DNA of 64,000 nucleotides from an uncultured Muribaculaceae bacterium (GTDB lineage: Bacteria > Bacteroidota > Bacteroidia > Bacteroidales > Muribaculaceae), in assembly GCA_910584905.1 (NCBI GenBank), contig CAJUCQ010000024.1, forward strand, positions 4,964-68,963, given 5' to 3'. The translations under genes and the position numbers were made by a program. The notes under the pieces are model-generated. The model was not told where the DNA came from. It did no database searches and saw only the letters and a program-made list of their open reading frames with translations. Positions 1-8,999 of the stretch are shown here, in pieces (the stretch's first letter is position 1; each line of letters begins with the position of its first letter).

Positions 1-1287
1 GCTTCGGCGGGCTTCGGCGAAAGCTCCACCGACCTCGTGTTCGATGCCAAGCTTTTTGTCGCCGAGAACGGCACTATGCTTGCCGAGAATACCCGCGGAA
101 TCCGCGAGCCGCAACTCGTTGTCGCCGACGTCGATATCGAGGCAATACGCCGCGACCGCATGCATATCACCACATTCGGCGAATGCGGCGTCCGCAGCGG
201 CGCTCGCGCCGCTTATTCGGTTATCCCCTGCGGGGGCACTGCGCCCGCGCGGCCCGACGGCAGGCTTCTGCGCCGTGTGAATTCGCGGCCTTTTATCCCC
301 GGTGGAGATGCGTCGTTGCTCTCAAAGCGTTGCGAGGAGGTTATCGGCATTCAGGTCGCCGGTCTTGCCAAGCGCCTTGTGGCCACGCATTGCCGCAGCC
401 TTGTCATAGGCATATCGGGCGGACTTGATTCCACCCTTGCCTTGCTTGTTGCCTGCCGTGCGTTCGACTACCTCGGCCTTGACCGCAAGGGCATCACCGG
501 AGTGACGATGCCGGGATTCGGCACCACCGGGCGCACACACCGCAATGCGCTTACGCTGATGAAAACTCTCGGCGTCAGCAGTCGCGAGGTGTCGATTGTG
601 CCGGCGGTGATGCAGCATTTCAGCGACATCGGCCACGATCCCGCGACGCACGACGTGACTTATGAAAATTCGCAGGCGCGCGAGCGCACGCAGATTCTCA
701 TGGACCTTGCCAATCTCCTCGGCGGCATGGTCCTCGGCACGGGCGACCTCTCCGAGCTTGCTCTCGGCTGGGCCACCTACAACGGCGACCACATGTCGAT
801 GTACGGCGTCAATGCCGGAGTTCCCAAGACGCTCGTGCGCCATCTCACGCGTTATTTTGCCGACACGGCTTCCGACGACGAATGCCGCGCCGCGCTTCTC
901 GATGTAATCGACACGCCCGTCAGCCCCGAATTGCTTCCGCCCACAGCCGAAGGCTCAATCGCGCAGGAGACCGAAGACCTCGTCGGCCCTTACGAACTCC
1001 ACGACTTTTTCCTCTATTACACGCTTCGCTACGGATTTTCGCCCGATCGTATATTTTATCTTGCCAAAGCGGCGTTCGAGGGCGAGTATCCTGTTGAGGT
1101 TATCCTGAAATGGCTGAAGGTGTTTTTCCGTCGTTTCTTCGCTCAGCAGTTCAAGCGCTCGTGTCTCCCCGACGGGCCCAAGGTGGGCAGTGTGTGTCTC
1201 TCACCGCGAGGCGACTGGCGCATGCCCTCGGATGCGTCAGCTCAGGCTTGGCTTGACCGGCTCGACGAGCTCGACGGGCAGGCCTGA
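1..1287 (+). CDS. nadE: Glutamine-dependent NAD+ synthetase (5'-truncated by window edge)
   Basis: Frame is open from base 1 (ASAGFGESSTDLVFD). Synthetase motifs IGISGGLDSTLALL, ENSQARERTQILMD, GTGDLSELALGWATYNGDHMSMY and QQFKRSCLPDGPKVG. Confidence 0.95.
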   Translation, partial: ASAGFGESSTDLVFDAKLFVAENGTMLAENTRGIREPQLVVADVDIEAIRRDRMHITTFGECGVRSGARAAYSVIPCGGTAPARPDGRLLRRVNSRPFIPGGDASLLSKRCEEVIGIQVAGLAKRLVATHCRSLVIGISGGLDSTLALLVACRAFDYLGLDRKGITGVTMPGFGTTGRTHRNALTLMKTLGVSSREVSIVPAVMQHFSDIGHDPATHDVTYENSQARERTQILMDLANLLGGMVLGTGDLSELALGWATYNGDHMSMYGVNAGVPKTLVRHLTRYFADTASDDECRAALLDVIDTPVSPELLPPTAEGSIAQETEDLVGPYELHDFFLYYTLRYGFSPDRIFYLAKAAFEGEYPVEVILKWLKVFFRRFFAQQFKRSCLPDGPKVGSVCLSPRGDWRMPSDASAQAWLDRLDELDGQA

Positions 1288-1300
1288 CGCGCGCGGCGCT

Positions 1301-2734
1301 TTACTTGTTCCAGACGCTGATTTTGTCGCCAAGCTCGGGAATGGTCGTGGCGTGGAACGTCGGGTCGATGCCGCAGCGGCGTTGTGTGCGGTAGTCTTCG
1401 AGGCATATCAGCGCCCATTTGCCCAAAACGAACAGTGCGCCGACATTGCATAAGGTCATCAGGGCCATTGTGATGTCGGCGAACACCCATACCGTCCCGA
1501 GCGAAGCCATAGCTCTGGCGAAGACCATGCCGCCGACGCAGAGGCGGTATGCGGTGACGAGCCGGCGGCTGTCGCGCAGAAAGCGCAGGTTGGTCTCGCC
1601 GTAATAATAGTTGGCGACGATGCTCGTGAAGGCAAAAAAGAAAATCGCTATCCCCACGAAGGTCTCCCCGAGGCCGTGGGAGCCGGTCTGGCTCTCGATG
1701 GCCTGTTGTGTCAGCACGATGCCGTTGGCTCCTGTGCAGCCGTCGTGGTAGACTCCGCTGCAAAGGATGATAAGCGCCGTGCATGTGCAGATGAGCAGTG
1801 TGTCGGTGAACACGCCGAGGGCCTGAATCAAGCCTTGCTTTACGGGATGGCTCACCGAGGCCGTGGCTGCGACGTTGGGGGTGGAGCCTTCGCCGGCTTC
1901 GTTGCTGAAGAGGCCGCGTTTGGTGCCCATCACCAAAGCCATTCCCACGGTGCCGCCGAAGGCCTCGTTAATCCCGAAGGCTTCGTCGACAATCATTGCG
2001 AGCACTTCGGGCAGACGGCTGAAATTGACGGCTATGATATATATTGCGAGAAGGATATACGCCACGGCCATTACGGGTACAACCCATTGGCTGAAGCGCG
2101 CGATACTGCGTATGCCTCCCCAGATGATAATCAGCGTGAGGACCGTGAGCACGAGGCCCGTGGCAATGCGGGGCACGCCGAAGGCTTCGCCGAAAGCGTC
2201 GGCGATGGTATTGGACTGGACGGAGTTGAAGGCCAGCCCGAAGGTGACGGTTATGAGCACGGCGAAAGCGGCGGCCCAAGTGCGGTTGCCGATGCCTTTG
2301 AGGATATAATATGCCGGGCCTCCGCGGAAGGCGGCGCCTCCGCTTTCCGCGGCGCGGGGGTCGTGTTCTTTGAAGAGTTGCGCAAGGGTCGACTCCACAA
2401 AGGCCGATGCCGCTCCGAGGAGCGCTATCACCCACATCCAGAATATGGAGCCTGCTCCGCCGATTGCTATGGCTGTGGCGACGCCTGCGAGGTTGCCGGT
2501 GCCGACGCGGCTGGCGATGCTCACCATGAAGGCCTGAAAACCCGTGACGGCGGCTCCTCCGTGGTGGTGGCGCTTGTCGACGGAGCGACTTCCCGAGCGC
2601 ACAAGCAGGCGGCACATATCGCCGATGTAGCGGAACTGTACGCCTCCGGTTTTGACGGTGAACACGATGGCTGCGATGAGCAGAATTACGACAAGCACAT
2701 AGTCGGTGAGGAAGGAGGCGATGTCGCTGAGCAT
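1301..2734 (-). CDS. Alanine/glycine:cation symporter (AGCS/AlsT family)
   Basis: Multi-TM protein with family motifs ASRVGTGNLAGVA, FWMW, FRGGPAYYI, RGLFSNEAGEGS and FTDTLLICTCTA. Confidence 0.93.
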   Translation of the reverse strand: MLSDIASFLTDYVLVVILLIAAIVFTVKTGGVQFRYIGDMCRLLVRSGSRSVDKRHHHGGAAVTGFQAFMVSIASRVGTGNLAGVATAIAIGGAGSIFWMWVIALLGAASAFVESTLAQLFKEHDPRAAESGGAAFRGGPAYYILKGIGNRTWAAAFAVLITVTFGLAFNSVQSNTIADAFGEAFGVPRIATGLVLTVLTLIIIWGGIRSIARFSQWVVPVMAVAYILLAIYIIAVNFSRLPEVLAMIVDEAFGINEAFGGTVGMALVMGTKRGLFSNEAGEGSTPNVAATASVSHPVKQGLIQALGVFTDTLLICTCTALIILCSGVYHDGCTGANGIVLTQQAIESQTGSHGLGETFVGIAIFFFAFTSIVANYYYGETNLRFLRDSRRLVTAYRLCVGGMVFARAMASLGTVWVFADITMALMTLCNVGALFVLGKWALICLEDYRTQRRCGIDPTFHATTIPELGDKISVWNK

Positions 2735-2749
2735 TTGTCCGGGGTGTGG

Positions 2750-5700
2750 TTAATCCGTGTCGGGCTTGTCTTCGGTGCGGACGCTGTCGGCGGCGGCATT
2801 CTTTCGTTTGCGCAAGAAACTGAAGATGTTGTCGAAGTCTTTGCGGAACATGATGCCGACGCCCTGCGTCGTCTGGGCCGTACGCAGATAGTAGTTTTGA
2901 TCGTTATAGCGGTTGTAGGCTTTCAGACGCCATGAGCCGCGCTTGTTGAGCAGGTATTCGATGTCGAAATCGCCGACGAATTGGTTTGTGTTCAGCGATT
3001 TGTCGCGATACCCGAAGTTGCCGTTGAATAGCAGGCGGTTGTTGAGCAGACGCGAGCTCAGGGCCACGTCCACTTCCACGTCCGAGAAGTCGCCGCGGTC
3101 GCTCCTGAGGTTGGGGGCTATGCTCCAGTTCTCGCTGAGTTTTCCGAGCATACTCGACAGCTGGCTCGATATTGTCGACGAGGCGACGGAGAAGAGCTCG
3201 GAGCCCTTGGTCGTGGAGGCCATGTAGTCGGGGGTGTAGAAGCGGTTGAGGGCGAGGAGGTAGATAATCTGGCGGTTCATCATGTCGGAGGTGCTGACGA
3301 TGCTCCTCACCTTTCGGTATGTGTCCTGAGTCAGAGTCGGGAATTCGAGGTCGAAGTCGATGTCGGGCTGTCGGATGTCGCCGGTCACTTTCATGAGGGC
3401 GTGGACCGGCACGTTCGTGCGGTTCAGTTCCTTGTCCTGAAGGAAACTTTCGTCGAGGTCGCTGAGGTTTGCGTTGACGGCGTAGTATGCCTGCAGGTTG
3501 GCTTCGGCGGCGTAGGGGTCGCCGCTGAACGAGATGGTGCTCCCCGGCTTGATTGTGAAGTCTTTGATTATTATGTCCTGAAGGGTGAAGTTGTAGCTTC
3601 CGCGGTCGAGAGTATAGTTGCCCCACATGTTTATCGAGTTGTCGATGGAGTGGTAGGTGAGGCGCATGTTGCCTTCGCCGTAAGCGCGGATTTCGTCGCC
3701 TCCGACGGGGTCCATCACGAGAGTCATTCGGGCTTCGGGGGTGATGGCTACGTGGATGTCCATGTTGTAGGCCGAAGGCTCGTCGGTCGAGGCGCTTCCT
3801 GAAGCAGTCATCAGTTTCCTTACGGCCTCGGGGAGACTTGAAGCGGCCCGGCGGATTGAGTCGGCGGCGCTTTCGGGGGTGGCGTCGCGGAAGGTGATGA
3901 AGGAATATTCTTCGGCGTCAAGGCGGTCGGAAAGGACGAAGGTGAAGGCTGAGCCGGCTGTTGTTGCCATATTTACGCCTATGTCAACCACGCCGGGGCG
4001 TCCTTGGATAGTGGCTCCGCCGTTGCCGTAGACGGTGCCGTACCAGTCGGGGTTTTGTTTCGACGTGCCGTTGAAGCAGAGGAAGTCGCGGGCGTCGGTG
4101 ACGCGGAAGTCGAATACAGGTTCTTTGAAGAATGTGTGTGTGAGGTATCCGGCGAGTCGTGCGGTGTGGCCTTCGCGGTCGCGGATGGTGATGCCGCGGA
4201 GGTCGATGCGCCCGGGGGTGAGGATGATGGAGTCGGTGGCGTGGTAGCGGGTGTTGGTGATGTCGATGTTTATCCCGAGGTCTTCGGCGAGGATGCGGCC
4301 TGTCATGTCGATTTCCTTGAATGTGCCGAAGAGGTGTGCCTCGCCGGAGGCGTAGCCCGTGATGTCGGAGGCGAAGGCTTCCATGAAGGTCTCCATGAAT
4401 CCGACGCGCACGTGGCGGGCCTCGAAATTGATGTCGAGGGCTTCGGTCAGGGGATATATGTCGCCGTAGATGCGCGAATGGAGTCCGTGCTCGGGTTCGA
4501 TGATGTCGGCATCGAGGGTGAAGGCCTGTTTGGCATTGTCCCAAGCGGCTTCTATGTCGGCGTTGCCGAGGGTGCAGCGGTTGTAGCCGATGGAGTCGAC
4601 GTGCAGGTCGGAGCACGTGAGCACGGGGTCTTTTGACAGCAGGCGGCATGCGGTGAACGTGCCGGTGGCTTTGCCTCCGATAAGGGCTTTGTCGATTTCG
4701 AGGGTCTCGAATATCGGGAGCAGGCTCACGCCGTCGAGGCGCAGGGCAAGGCTGTCGGAGTCGAGTGCGCCGACGCGGCCGTCGGCGGCGATGTGCTGGT
4801 CGCCGGCATCGAGGCGGAAGCCGTCGACGGTGATTTCTTTCGCGGAGTAGGCGATGGAGGAGGGGCGTATGGCCCAGACGTCGTCGCCGAAGGTGATGCT
4901 TCCCGGATTGGTGCGCACGAGTGCCGCGAGGCTGTTGTCGGCGTCGCGCGACAGTTCGGCCGAGAGGTCGATGCTTCCGTTGATGGGTATTGTGCGGAGG
5001 ATGGTCCAATCGGCTCGTGTGTCGATTTTGTTGTCGACGGCCATGGCGCGGAGGTCGACTTTCATCTGTCCTTTTTTTGTGGGCATTTCGGTCGACACGA
5101 AGGCCGTGGCGCGCGCGGCGGCGCGGTCGAGCGATGCGTGCACCATCGTGCCTTGAATCAGCTTGTCGCCTTGGCGGAGATAGGGGGCGTCGACGAGCAC
5201 GGATGCCGCGCCCGAGGGCCCGTGGATGAAGCCCGTGATTTCGACCGGGTAGACCGGCACTACCGGCGCGCGGAAGAATTCGGCCACGGCGCTTGCGTCG
5301 CCGATTGTGAAATCGTAGGCAAAGTTGTTGGCGGCATCCGGGGCGTCTGCGGCCCGGGGCGCGTTCACGAGCGCCGGGAGGGCCGTGCCGACGATTTCCT
5401 TGAGTTCGGCGGCGATGCGGGCGAATGAGTATCTGCCTTTTATCTCGCCGGAGATAATCGGCGACGACACCGTGATGTACGGCACGGCGCTGTGGGGCGA
5501 GGCTTGGATGTCGAGTTCGGCGATTTCAAGGGCGTCGCCGTCATTGCGCCGCCAGCTGAAGTCGCTTACGGCGATTTTCCCGGCCAGCGTGTCGGGGTTG
5601 CGGCCTTCAAGCTCGGCGCTGATGCGGGCGGAGATGTCGGAGCCTTCGTGGGGTGATGGCAGGCCGGCCGATTCGGGGCGGAAAGATGCGATTGTGCCGT

Positions 5701-7345
5701 TTAGTATCACGGCGGGGGCAATCGTCTTTAACCCTGTCGAGAAGGCGGCGTCGATTTTCGCCTGAAGGGCGCTGTTGTCGCTCTCAAGCGTGACGGAGCC
5801 TTCGTTGTTGCCGTCAAAGACGGCCGCGAGGGATATGTCGGCGAGTTTGCGGCCGCGGAATGTAATTTCCGATACAGCCACTGAAGCCTCGCCTGCGGGG
5901 ATTTTATGCCGCGGGCTTCGGCGAAGCCGGGCTTCGGCGGCGGCCGTCACCGGCCCGAGGTCGCGGACTCCGGCGAGCGCTCCGACTTCGAGGGCTTCGA
6001 GGGTGGCTTCGATTCGGGCCTCCAAGGGGTTGAACTTGTTGTCGAGGCGGCCTTGGGCCTTGACGCTTGCGGCGCCGGCAAGCTTGCTTGTCAGCCGAGC
6101 CTCGGCTTCGGCGGCGCCGTTGCCTTCGATTGAGCCTGTGGCCGACAGTCTTATTGTGCCGAGGGTGGCGGCTGTGTTTCGGAGCTTTGCACCGACGGGG
6201 AGGGCTGGCATGCGTCGCAGGAGCTCATCCGGCGTGGCTTTCAGTTCAAGACTGCGCACCACCGCCGTCGGGAGCGATGCGGAGTCGGTTTTTTCGCTCA
6301 CGGCGCCGCTCACGGTCAGCGAAAGGCGTTCGGGGGCATTTGCGTCGAAGAGTCTGAATGTGTGGATTTCGCCGCCGTGGCTGTTGCCCGAGGCATCGAG
6401 TTCCATGCTCAGCACATCCGGGAAATTGCCGAGAGCGGGAACGAAAGCGCTGAAGTCGGCCGGACAAAGGGTGTTGACTCCTGCGGTCGATAGTTCTATC
6501 GGCCTGCGGTCAAGGGCCTCTGCGATCTTGCCGAACGCGGTCCATTCGATTTGTACAGGCGCAAAGGTCAGCGACGTGAAGGGCAGGCGTATCGACAGCC
6601 CCTCGGCCTTGGCGCCTGACTGATTGGCCGATAGCTTGGCCTTCAGTGATTTAAGTTCAAAGCCTGAGGCTTCGGCGAACGACATGTGGGCAATGTCGAC
6701 GCGGTAGTTGTCGTTGGAAAGCCGCGGCACGTAGGCGTTCAGCTCGATATCGCGGACGCTGATATGCGAGGGGTCGAAAGCCGGGAGCGTCTCCGGCTCC
6801 GGGGCTTCGCGGGGCGGAACGGACAGCACGTCGTAGGTCAGTCGGCCGTCGAGCACGGCCACATTGCTTATCCGCAGGTCAAAGCGCGCGGGTTCTTTTT
6901 TCTTGCCGTCGCCTTTGAGGGCTTCTATGACCGGGGCTATGTTGAGCGGAGCGCCGGGCGCGGGGCGGCTGAGACGTGCGTCGATGCCTTCAAGCAGGGC
7001 ATAGTCCACGATGATGCGCCCGGTGCGCAGAAAGTGATACAACTCGAAGCGGGCCGATACCTGACGGACGGCAAGCATCGTGTCGGATGGTTCAACCGGG
7101 TTGACGAGAGCTATGCCAGCAAGCTCCAGACGGCTGAAAGGATGGATGTTAACGGCGCCTATCGTCACCGGGGCGCCCGTGAGGGCCGACAGCTCCCGCG
7201 AAGCCAGCCCGCGCAGTTTGTTCTGAACCACGGGCGTGGATAGGGCTGTGTAGACTCCCGCCGGAAGTAGAACTACCAGTAGCAGAAGCACCGAAACAAC
7301 GGCGCGGAAGGCTGTCCATGCATGCGACAGTGACTGTTTTGTCAT
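2750..7345 (-). CDS. tamB: Translocation and assembly module TamB-domain protein
   Basis: 1531 aa with an N-terminal TM anchor, a long beta-rich body and a DUF490-like C-terminus (MNRQIIYLLALNRFY, LLNNRLLFNGNFGYR, GDFDIEYLL, QGVGIMFRKDF). Confidence 0.85.
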   Translation of the reverse strand: MTKQSLSHAWTAFRAVVSVLLLLVVLLPAGVYTALSTPVVQNKLRGLASRELSALTGAPVTIGAVNIHPFSRLELAGIALVNPVEPSDTMLAVRQVSARFELYHFLRTGRIIVDYALLEGIDARLSRPAPGAPLNIAPVIEALKGDGKKKEPARFDLRISNVAVLDGRLTYDVLSVPPREAPEPETLPAFDPSHISVRDIELNAYVPRLSNDNYRVDIAHMSFAEASGFELKSLKAKLSANQSGAKAEGLSIRLPFTSLTFAPVQIEWTAFGKIAEALDRRPIELSTAGVNTLCPADFSAFVPALGNFPDVLSMELDASGNSHGGEIHTFRLFDANAPERLSLTVSGAVSEKTDSASLPTAVVRSLELKATPDELLRRMPALPVGAKLRNTAATLGTIRLSATGSIEGNGAAEAEARLTSKLAGAASVKAQGRLDNKFNPLEARIEATLEALEVGALAGVRDLGPVTAAAEARLRRSPRHKIPAGEASVAVSEITFRGRKLADISLAAVFDGNNEGSVTLESDNSALQAKIDAAFSTGLKTIAPAVILNGTIASFRPESAGLPSPHEGSDISARISAELEGRNPDTLAGKIAVSDFSWRRNDGDALEIAELDIQASPHSAVPYITVSSPIISGEIKGRYSFARIAAELKEIVGTALPALVNAPRAADAPDAANNFAYDFTIGDASAVAEFFRAPVVPVYPVEITGFIHGPSGAASVLVDAPYLRQGDKLIQGTMVHASLDRAAARATAFVSTEMPTKKGQMKVDLRAMAVDNKIDTRADWTILRTIPINGSIDLSAELSRDADNSLAALVRTNPGSITFGDDVWAIRPSSIAYSAKEITVDGFRLDAGDQHIAADGRVGALDSDSLALRLDGVSLLPIFETLEIDKALIGGKATGTFTACRLLSKDPVLTCSDLHVDSIGYNRCTLGNADIEAAWDNAKQAFTLDADIIEPEHGLHSRIYGDIYPLTEALDINFEARHVRVGFMETFMEAFASDITGYASGEAHLFGTFKEIDMTGRILAEDLGINIDITNTRYHATDSIILTPGRIDLRGITIRDREGHTARLAGYLTHTFFKEPVFDFRVTDARDFLCFNGTSKQNPDWYGTVYGNGGATIQGRPGVVDIGVNMATTAGSAFTFVLSDRLDAEEYSFITFRDATPESAADSIRRAASSLPEAVRKLMTASGSASTDEPSAYNMDIHVAITPEARMTLVMDPVGGDEIRAYGEGNMRLTYHSIDNSINMWGNYTLDRGSYNFTLQDIIIKDFTIKPGSTISFSGDPYAAEANLQAYYAVNANLSDLDESFLQDKELNRTNVPVHALMKVTGDIRQPDIDFDLEFPTLTQDTYRKVRSIVSTSDMMNRQIIYLLALNRFYTPDYMASTTKGSELFSVASSTISSQLSSMLGKLSENWSIAPNLRSDRGDFSDVEVDVALSSRLLNNRLLFNGNFGYRDKSLNTNQFVGDFDIEYLLNKRGSWRLKAYNRYNDQNYYLRTAQTTQGVGIMFRKDFDNIFSFLRKRKNAAADSVRTEDKPDTD

Positions 7346-7374
7346 CTTTGACGAGGCGAGGTCTTTGAAAAGTG

Positions 7375-7435
7375 CAAATATAGGGCGAAGTTACGAAAAA
7401 AAATCCGAATTCTGCCCGAAAATTCGTAACTTTGC
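7375..7435. promoter_or_regulatory. Divergent Bacteroidetes sigma-A promoters (tamB and membrane-protein pair)
   Basis: TATATTTG on minus (7375-7382) and TAACTTTG on plus (7427-7434) match the TAnnTTTG -7 box. A 13-bp inverted repeat spans 7385-7397 / 7423-7435 with 1 mismatch. Confidence 0.7.
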
Positions 7436-7442
7436 TTCCGCA

Positions 7443-8999
7443 ATGCCAATCATCAGAAGTTTACAGCGTGGCCGCAGGCTTGCCGCGGCCGTATATTCTC
7501 TCACGGCCATAGCCTTTGCCGTGATGTATATCGCCATGCCCTATCATTGCGATGATTTCTGGTATATGGGGCAGTTGATAGACTATGTGTTTTACGGCAA
7601 GGAGGGCTTTCCCGCGGGGGGCATCCTGAGCGTGATACGCTGGCATTATCTCTACGACAATGCCCGTTTGGCCAATATCGTGTACGCCACGGTGATGCTG
7701 TTTCCGCGCTGGATACCGGCGATTGTCACCTCGCTCCTCTCGGCAGCGACGATTGTCATGCTGGCCCGCGTCGCCGGTCTCCGCCGCGACATGTGGAAGG
7801 GCGCCGTGTGGCTTTGCTTTCTCTATACTGTATTCCTGCCTTGGCCGGAATATCTTTTCGCCGTGTGCCATCAGTTCAACTATGCTTGGGCGGCGGCGCT
7901 CAGCCTCTTCGCAGTGTGTCTTTTCTTCCGCGAGGGACGCACGCCCGTGTGGCTCATGGCCGTTACGGGGCTGCTTGCGGGCGCATGGCACGAGGGCTTC
8001 AGCGTGCCGCTTTTATGCGGCTTCGTTGTCGTGGCGCTTGTCCGGCGCGGGTGTTTTGCCGACGCTCCGCGTTTTGTGCTCCTTGCCTCATTGGCCGCAG
8101 GCATTGCGTGGCTCATGCTCGCACCTCCGTTTTTCGGTCGCGCCGACTCTCCGGCCCGCGCGTTGGCCGACCCGGACACGTGGCTGAGGTGTATGCGTTT
8201 CGACATTTTGTACACTCTCTTTGCCCTCATGGCTTTGGTCGCCGTGTTCATTCCCCGGGCTCGTCGGCGGCTCGTCTCTCCCCTGACGATTTTTCTGCTC
8301 GTCTCCGGCGGCTGTGCTTTCGGCATCCACATGCACGCCTTGTTTTGTCTGCGGGCGGGCTTTTGGGCCGAGCTTGCGGCGGTTGCGGGCATCGTGCGCC
8401 TGTGGCCCGCGCTGTTTGCGCCGTTGCGTGCGCCGCGCTTGTCGGCTGTTGCGGCGGCCGCGGCCGCCGGGTTTCTGGCGCTCCATCTGATTGTGGCCTG
8501 CGCGATGACCGTAATAATGAATCGTGAGTTCAACCGCATTTTCGAGCGGTATATAGCCTCGCCCGACGGCAGGATTTTCGTCGACCTGACCCACGATTTC
8601 GAAGCTCCTCTATTGGCTCTCGGGAAGCCGTCGAGCCTCCATATGGAGACTGCGCTTGCATGGCATCTGAGGCCGCAGTTCCATGTAGCCAAGCCCTTGC
8701 TGGCCGTGCCTTCAGCGCTTGCCCGTGTCACCGGCGATTCCGGCGAAGCCGTCGGCGGACGCCCCGGCTTGCGGCGCCTCGGCAATCTTTATTTCATCCC
8801 GGCTGACAAGACGGATTTCATGCGCGACCGCATGAGCTATATTCCCGTCACGGCCACATTCGGCGACACCGCCTTCGGGCGTTCGATAATGGCCGTTCCC
8901 TTTGTCTCGCAGGCCGACGGACAGGAGTATTTCTATATCTTCATCGACGACCGCATGCCCTTCGCGCGCCTGCGGCCTATTAATGCTGTGGAATGGTAA
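7443..8999 (+). CDS. Polytopic membrane protein, DUF6056-like (possible GT-C glycosyltransferase), paralog 1
   Basis: ATG 7443 lies just after the -7 box and is preferred over TTG 7365. About 10 TM segments; motifs HCDDFWY, RWHYLYDNAR, HQFNYAW and GAWHEGFSVP. Confidence 0.65.
   Translation: MPIIRSLQRGRRLAAAVYSLTAIAFAVMYIAMPYHCDDFWYMGQLIDYVFYGKEGFPAGGILSVIRWHYLYDNARLANIVYATVMLFPRWIPAIVTSLLSAATIVMLARVAGLRRDMWKGAVWLCFLYTVFLPWPEYLFAVCHQFNYAWAAALSLFAVCLFFREGRTPVWLMAVTGLLAGAWHEGFSVPLLCGFVVVALVRRGCFADAPRFVLLASLAAGIAWLMLAPPFFGRADSPARALADPDTWLRCMRFDILYTLFALMALVAVFIPRARRRLVSPLTIFLLVSGGCAFGIHMHALFCLRAGFWAELAAVAGIVRLWPALFAPLRAPRLSAVAAAAAAGFLALHLIVACAMTVIMNREFNRIFERYIASPDGRIFVDLTHDFEAPLLALGKPSSLHMETALAWHLRPQFHVAKPLLAVPSALARVTGDSGEAVGGRPGLRRLGNLYFIPADKTDFMRDRMSYIPVTATFGDTAFGRSIMAVPFVSQADGQEYFYIFIDDRMPFARLRPINAVEW

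Noticed and set aside
7385..7435. 13-bp inverted repeat as a possible invertible-promoter boundary
   Set aside because: The arms are themselves mirror -7-type boxes of divergent promoters, the spacer is only 25 bp, and no recombinase is nearby.
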